Assembly: GCF_020745735.1 (NCBI RefSeq)
Contig: NC_083409.1
Coordinates: 51,232,048 to 51,296,047, forward strand
Length of the DNA stretch: 64,000 nt
Origin: Hemiscyllium ocellatum
Lineage: Eukaryota
Direction of reading: 5' to 3'
In this document: positions 60,731 through 64,000 of the stretch, one piece after another
How positions within the stretch are numbered: position 1 is the stretch's first letter
Layout of the letters: each line of letters begins with the position of its first letter
The notes under the pieces: model-generated
Databases searched by the model: none
Told to the model about the DNA's origin: nothing
The model's input: the letters and a program-made list of their open reading frames with translations, nothing else
Program-made: the position numbers and the translations under genes

Positions 60731-61830
60731 GTAAGAACATGAGCCGATTTCACTGCAATGTGGTAACGTTTTGGGGACACTTTTTTTTTGTTTCGGTTAT
60801 TCACGCGGCCCTTGTGTGAAACACGTCCGCGTTGTAATCGACTTCTTTGCAAAGTCAGCTGTTTTCAATGTTGCATGAATCGGGAACTGTTTTCCCCGAT
60901 GTTTCGCCAGCTGTAGACGAAACATCTGCCCTTGTTCTTTGCAAACAATGAAAAGAACAAGGATGTGTCCTTTTCGGTGAGCACAAGAACCAGTTCTAGT
61001 TAGTTTGCTTGCACTTTTCCGGACACTGTTAGGAGTAAAGCTGAACTATCCCGCTGTTTTGAGAATCCCAATGATCTAATGGTGACTTTTCTGAAAAAAA
61101 ATAACCCGGTGATTCTACAGCGTTAACATGTGCGAGAACTCTCAGACTGTTAGGGGCATAGAAACACAAAGCATAGACGCTGGGGCAAATTAAATACTGC
61201 ATCTCTCCAGGATGAAATCCAGTATGTGGTGAGCGCTAAGCAGAACCATCCAACTGCAGATGAAATCGGATCCACGCAATTCCCTATACACCAGGAAAAA
61301 AATGGAATGGTAAATTATGCTTGGCAGAGAATAATACAGAGGTGGTCTGGCTCTTGGCTGAACGAAACCATATTCGACAAGACCAGAATCCCATTTTAAT
61401 TGAACACGGGAGAGTGATTCTGCAATGAACGGCCTGCTGAGGAAGTCACATTTCCATCTCGCAAATTTGAAGCCACTCTGTTGTGGGAAAAGAGGGCGAG
61501 CCTCTCCCGTTTTATTGAAAAGATGAATTTTATTCCATTCGATAGAGGAACATGATCGTATCTATTTTGGACAGTAGTTGATTTCGGTAAATCGCCATGA
61601 ATTGGAGAGTTTGGTGTCTGACCATAGACCCTGCCTATCAACAAAAACAAACTCAAGGAAGCAAGCATGATGCAGGATGGAGATACCAAACGTCTCATAT
61701 ATTTAAATATAGATGTGTGAGATTGAGTGCAGGTACAAGACAGAAACATAGTCAACGGTAATAACTTGCACTTATGCATTCAGGTTGGCCATCTTCGTTA
61801 ATACGTTTCAAGAGCCATCTCAGTCCACTT

Positions 61831-61950
61831 CCGGATGAAGGGTCTCGACCCGAAGCTCAACTTCTCCACTTGTTGGTGCTGCCTGGTTTGCCGTCTTCTT
61901 TCAGCCTCCTGCTTGTCTGCTTTGGATTCCAGCATCTGTTGGAACCTAAC
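61831..61950 (+). mobile_element. Penelope-derived short insert in HMCN1 intron 1
   Basis: CCGGATGAAGGGTCTCGACCCGAAGC (decayed core, stem GGGT-CTCG-ACCC), then ...ggattccagcatctg. Flanking direct repeat ct(c/g)agtccactt at 61819-61830 and 61951-61962. Confidence 0.65.
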
Positions 61951-62469
61951 CTGAGTCCACTTATCTGCATTGCGTGTAGCTAGTAGTTGTTACATACTTC
62001 TAAAGCTCCCAACACAACGCTTTACTAATGAGTTACTTTGAAGTCCAAAGGCAAACCCAGCAGCCAACAACTGTTACAGATTTTACTGAAGGATTTAAAT
62101 ACAACTTTACTGATGAAGTGGAACAATGGTTTTGGTTGATATATGAAGCCACAGTGTGGCTTTTGAATTTCTCTTGAGTACACTTGCACTGTTATTAGAC
62201 ACCACCACCAGAGCAATCTTCCTGAAACAGACAAAATGACAAGACAAATAGGATATGTCTCAATGTACAAATGTTGTGCCACAGTAAAGCATAAAAACCT
62301 TTTGATGCTGGAATATTTTAATGAATAAAATATACTTATTATTTTGACATTGAAACAACTTTTTTGTGCAGAGGGATTTCATTCCTGCTGTTAGTTGTTC
62401 CACTCAGCCAGGTTGCAACCTTGTGACTCCTTCAGGAAACTATTCCATCAGTTTGACCAGGAGGCGTGA

Positions 62470-62940
62470 AAGCAGAAGGCTTAGGCCTATAAAGTATGTT
62501 CTGCCATTCAATGAGGTCATGGCTGGTCTGATAATTCTCAACTCTGTCTTACCTCAAACTCATTATTCCCACCATAATTAAAAATCTGTCTTACTCATCC
62601 TTGAATATACATATTGAACCATCCTTGACAACTCCCTGTGGTAAAGAATTCCACAGATTCACTACCCTTTGAGAGAAGAAATTCCTCCTTACCTCCATCT
62701 TAACTGGGCGAGCCCTGATTCTGACATATGCCCTTTGGTCTTAACTCTCTCGGAAGGGGAAACAAACTCTCTGCACATTCCCTGTCAAGTCCCTTAAAAA
62801 TCTTTCATATTTCAATAAGATCTTGTCTCATCCTCCGAAACTCCATCGGGTACAAGTCCTATTCAACCTCTCCTCATAAGAAAATCCTTCCATACACAGG
62901 ATCAATATAGTGAACGTCTGTGAACACTATCCAATGCCAG
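62470..62940 (-). mobile_element. CR1 3' end (intronic)
   Basis: gaattccacagattcactaccctttgagagaagaaattcctcc is the reverse of RRNFFSQRVVNLWNS. Confidence 0.85.
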
Positions 62941-63214
62941 TCTCCCAACCTCCTGTGGTTAATTCAGATTGCAGACATTAACTGTTACCCCTTTTATTCA
63001 AACTATATTTGGAATGTGAGCATCACTAATTAGGCCAGCATTTGATGACCATGCAGAATTGCCCTTGGAAAAAGTGGTAGTGAGAACTGCTTTCTTCAAC
63101 GCGATAGTGATAGACCACTACCAGATAGATATAATCGAGAAGGGACAGGACATTGAATTGAGTTACTTAACCCATGAATATAAAGAAACATGGGAGACAG
63201 GCCATCTAGATGAT

Positions 63215-63530
63215 CTTTTCATGGGATGTGAGCATTGCTGGCTGGGCCATCATTAATTGCCCATTGTTAGTTGCTCTTAAGATGATAAGCTGCTTTCTTC
63301 AACTACTGCAGACCATTTGCCATAAGTAGACCAACAGTGCTGTGAGGGAGGGAATTCAAGGATTTTGACCCAGTGACACTGATGGAACAGAAACAGTTTG
63401 GCAAATCTGGATAGTGAATGGCTTGGTTTGGAGCTTGCAAGTGGTGGTGTACCTGTGTATCTGCTCTTTTCCTTCTTGATGGAAGTGGCTGGGGGTTTAG
63501 AAGTGCATATTAGGACTAGTATTGTTGATG
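63215..63530 (-). mobile_element. L2/CR1-group LINE 3' end (intronic); a second tail fragment at ~63000-63100
   Basis: tcatgggatgtgagcattgctggctgggccatcattaattgccc...ggattttgacccagtgacactga. Confidence 0.8.
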
Positions 63531-64000
63531 AGTCATGCCAGGTTTTCAAATTTATCTCCTGTCAATTCAGGTAGAAAAATAATTGATACTTAGTCCAATC
63601 AAATGTTGTGTTAATACAAAGTTCAAAACTGTCAACAAAAGCACGAGCATTAAAGGAGCTATCCCGATGAAGGGTTCAATGCAATGCCAGGCTGTAATTA
63701 TTACAGCACTGTCAAGGTTGGGGAAAATTTGTCTGTGGCATTCTGGTCTTTAAATTATCTCAGTGATTACATTTTCTCTCTTACCATGAAATACAAAAAT
63801 AGACTCTGTCCTTCTGTTTGTCATGTTACAGCGCCACAACATTTGAAAAGTAAATCAATTGGACAATCTAAGAGGAATGTCTAAAGTGGTGTCTTAAACC
63901 TGTCTTCAAAATAGTTAGTAGAGAGACTGAATGCTAAGGAAGGACTACTCTTGATTAAACTACAAAGAGAACATTATTCAACACTTATAGAAGATAAGTC

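Larger units (their letters stand above)
58790..61620 (+). promoter_or_regulatory. HMCN1 promoter, 5'UTR and start of intron 1; CpG-retaining, repeat-free island
   Basis: CG dinucleotides are visibly more frequent than in the CpG-depleted flanks (judged by eye, not computed). No recognisable TE lies here, and the block surrounds coding exon 1. Confidence 0.65.

Noticed and set aside
60731-60819. Extension of ORF 60430-60819 past the exon (GKNMSRFH...) and its TTG start
   Set aside because: Homology stops at the canonical GTAAGA donor, so the extension is intron read-through. The TTG start is an ORF-caller artefact.
61396-61779. 127-aa antisense ORF in HMCN1 intron 1
   Set aside because: No recognisable homology or motif, and the length is compatible with chance.
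63661-63680. cccgatgaagggttc as another hammerhead core
   Set aside because: No closing stem, no GAAA and no flanking family sequence.
60731-64000. HMCN1 exon 2
   Set aside because: I found no continuation of the expected sequence (EIGPVTITTDP-like) in the window; intron 1 extends beyond it.

Overview
This is AT-rich vertebrate genomic DNA, almost certainly elasmobranch (shark), judging from HE1-type V-SINEs, HER1/CR1 LINEs and Deu-domain SINEs. The only host protein-coding sequence I can support is coding exon 1 of hemicentin-1 (HMCN1, + strand, 60445-60730: signal peptide and start of the VWA domain). It sits in a CpG-retaining, repeat-free promoter region with a CCAAT box and a short uORF. 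The ~59 kb upstream is intergenic and filled with decayed, often nested transposable elements: many CR1 fragments, an L2/CR1-group LINE and its partner tRNA-SINE, V-SINEs, Deu-SINEs, two Gypsy remnants, Rex1/Babar, Penelope fragments, a Tx1/L1 ORF2 and probable Harbinger Myb/SANT remnants. The most interesting signal is a set of short (~120-210 bp) Penelope-type inserts, some fold-back, with 11-15 bp target-site duplications and decayed minimal hammerhead-ribozyme cores. Hammerheads in Penelope elements are a known class, so any novelty would be at the family level. I found no intact novel protein-coding system. Repeat family names come from my recollection of consensus sequences, and most repeat boundaries are approximate (tens of bp).
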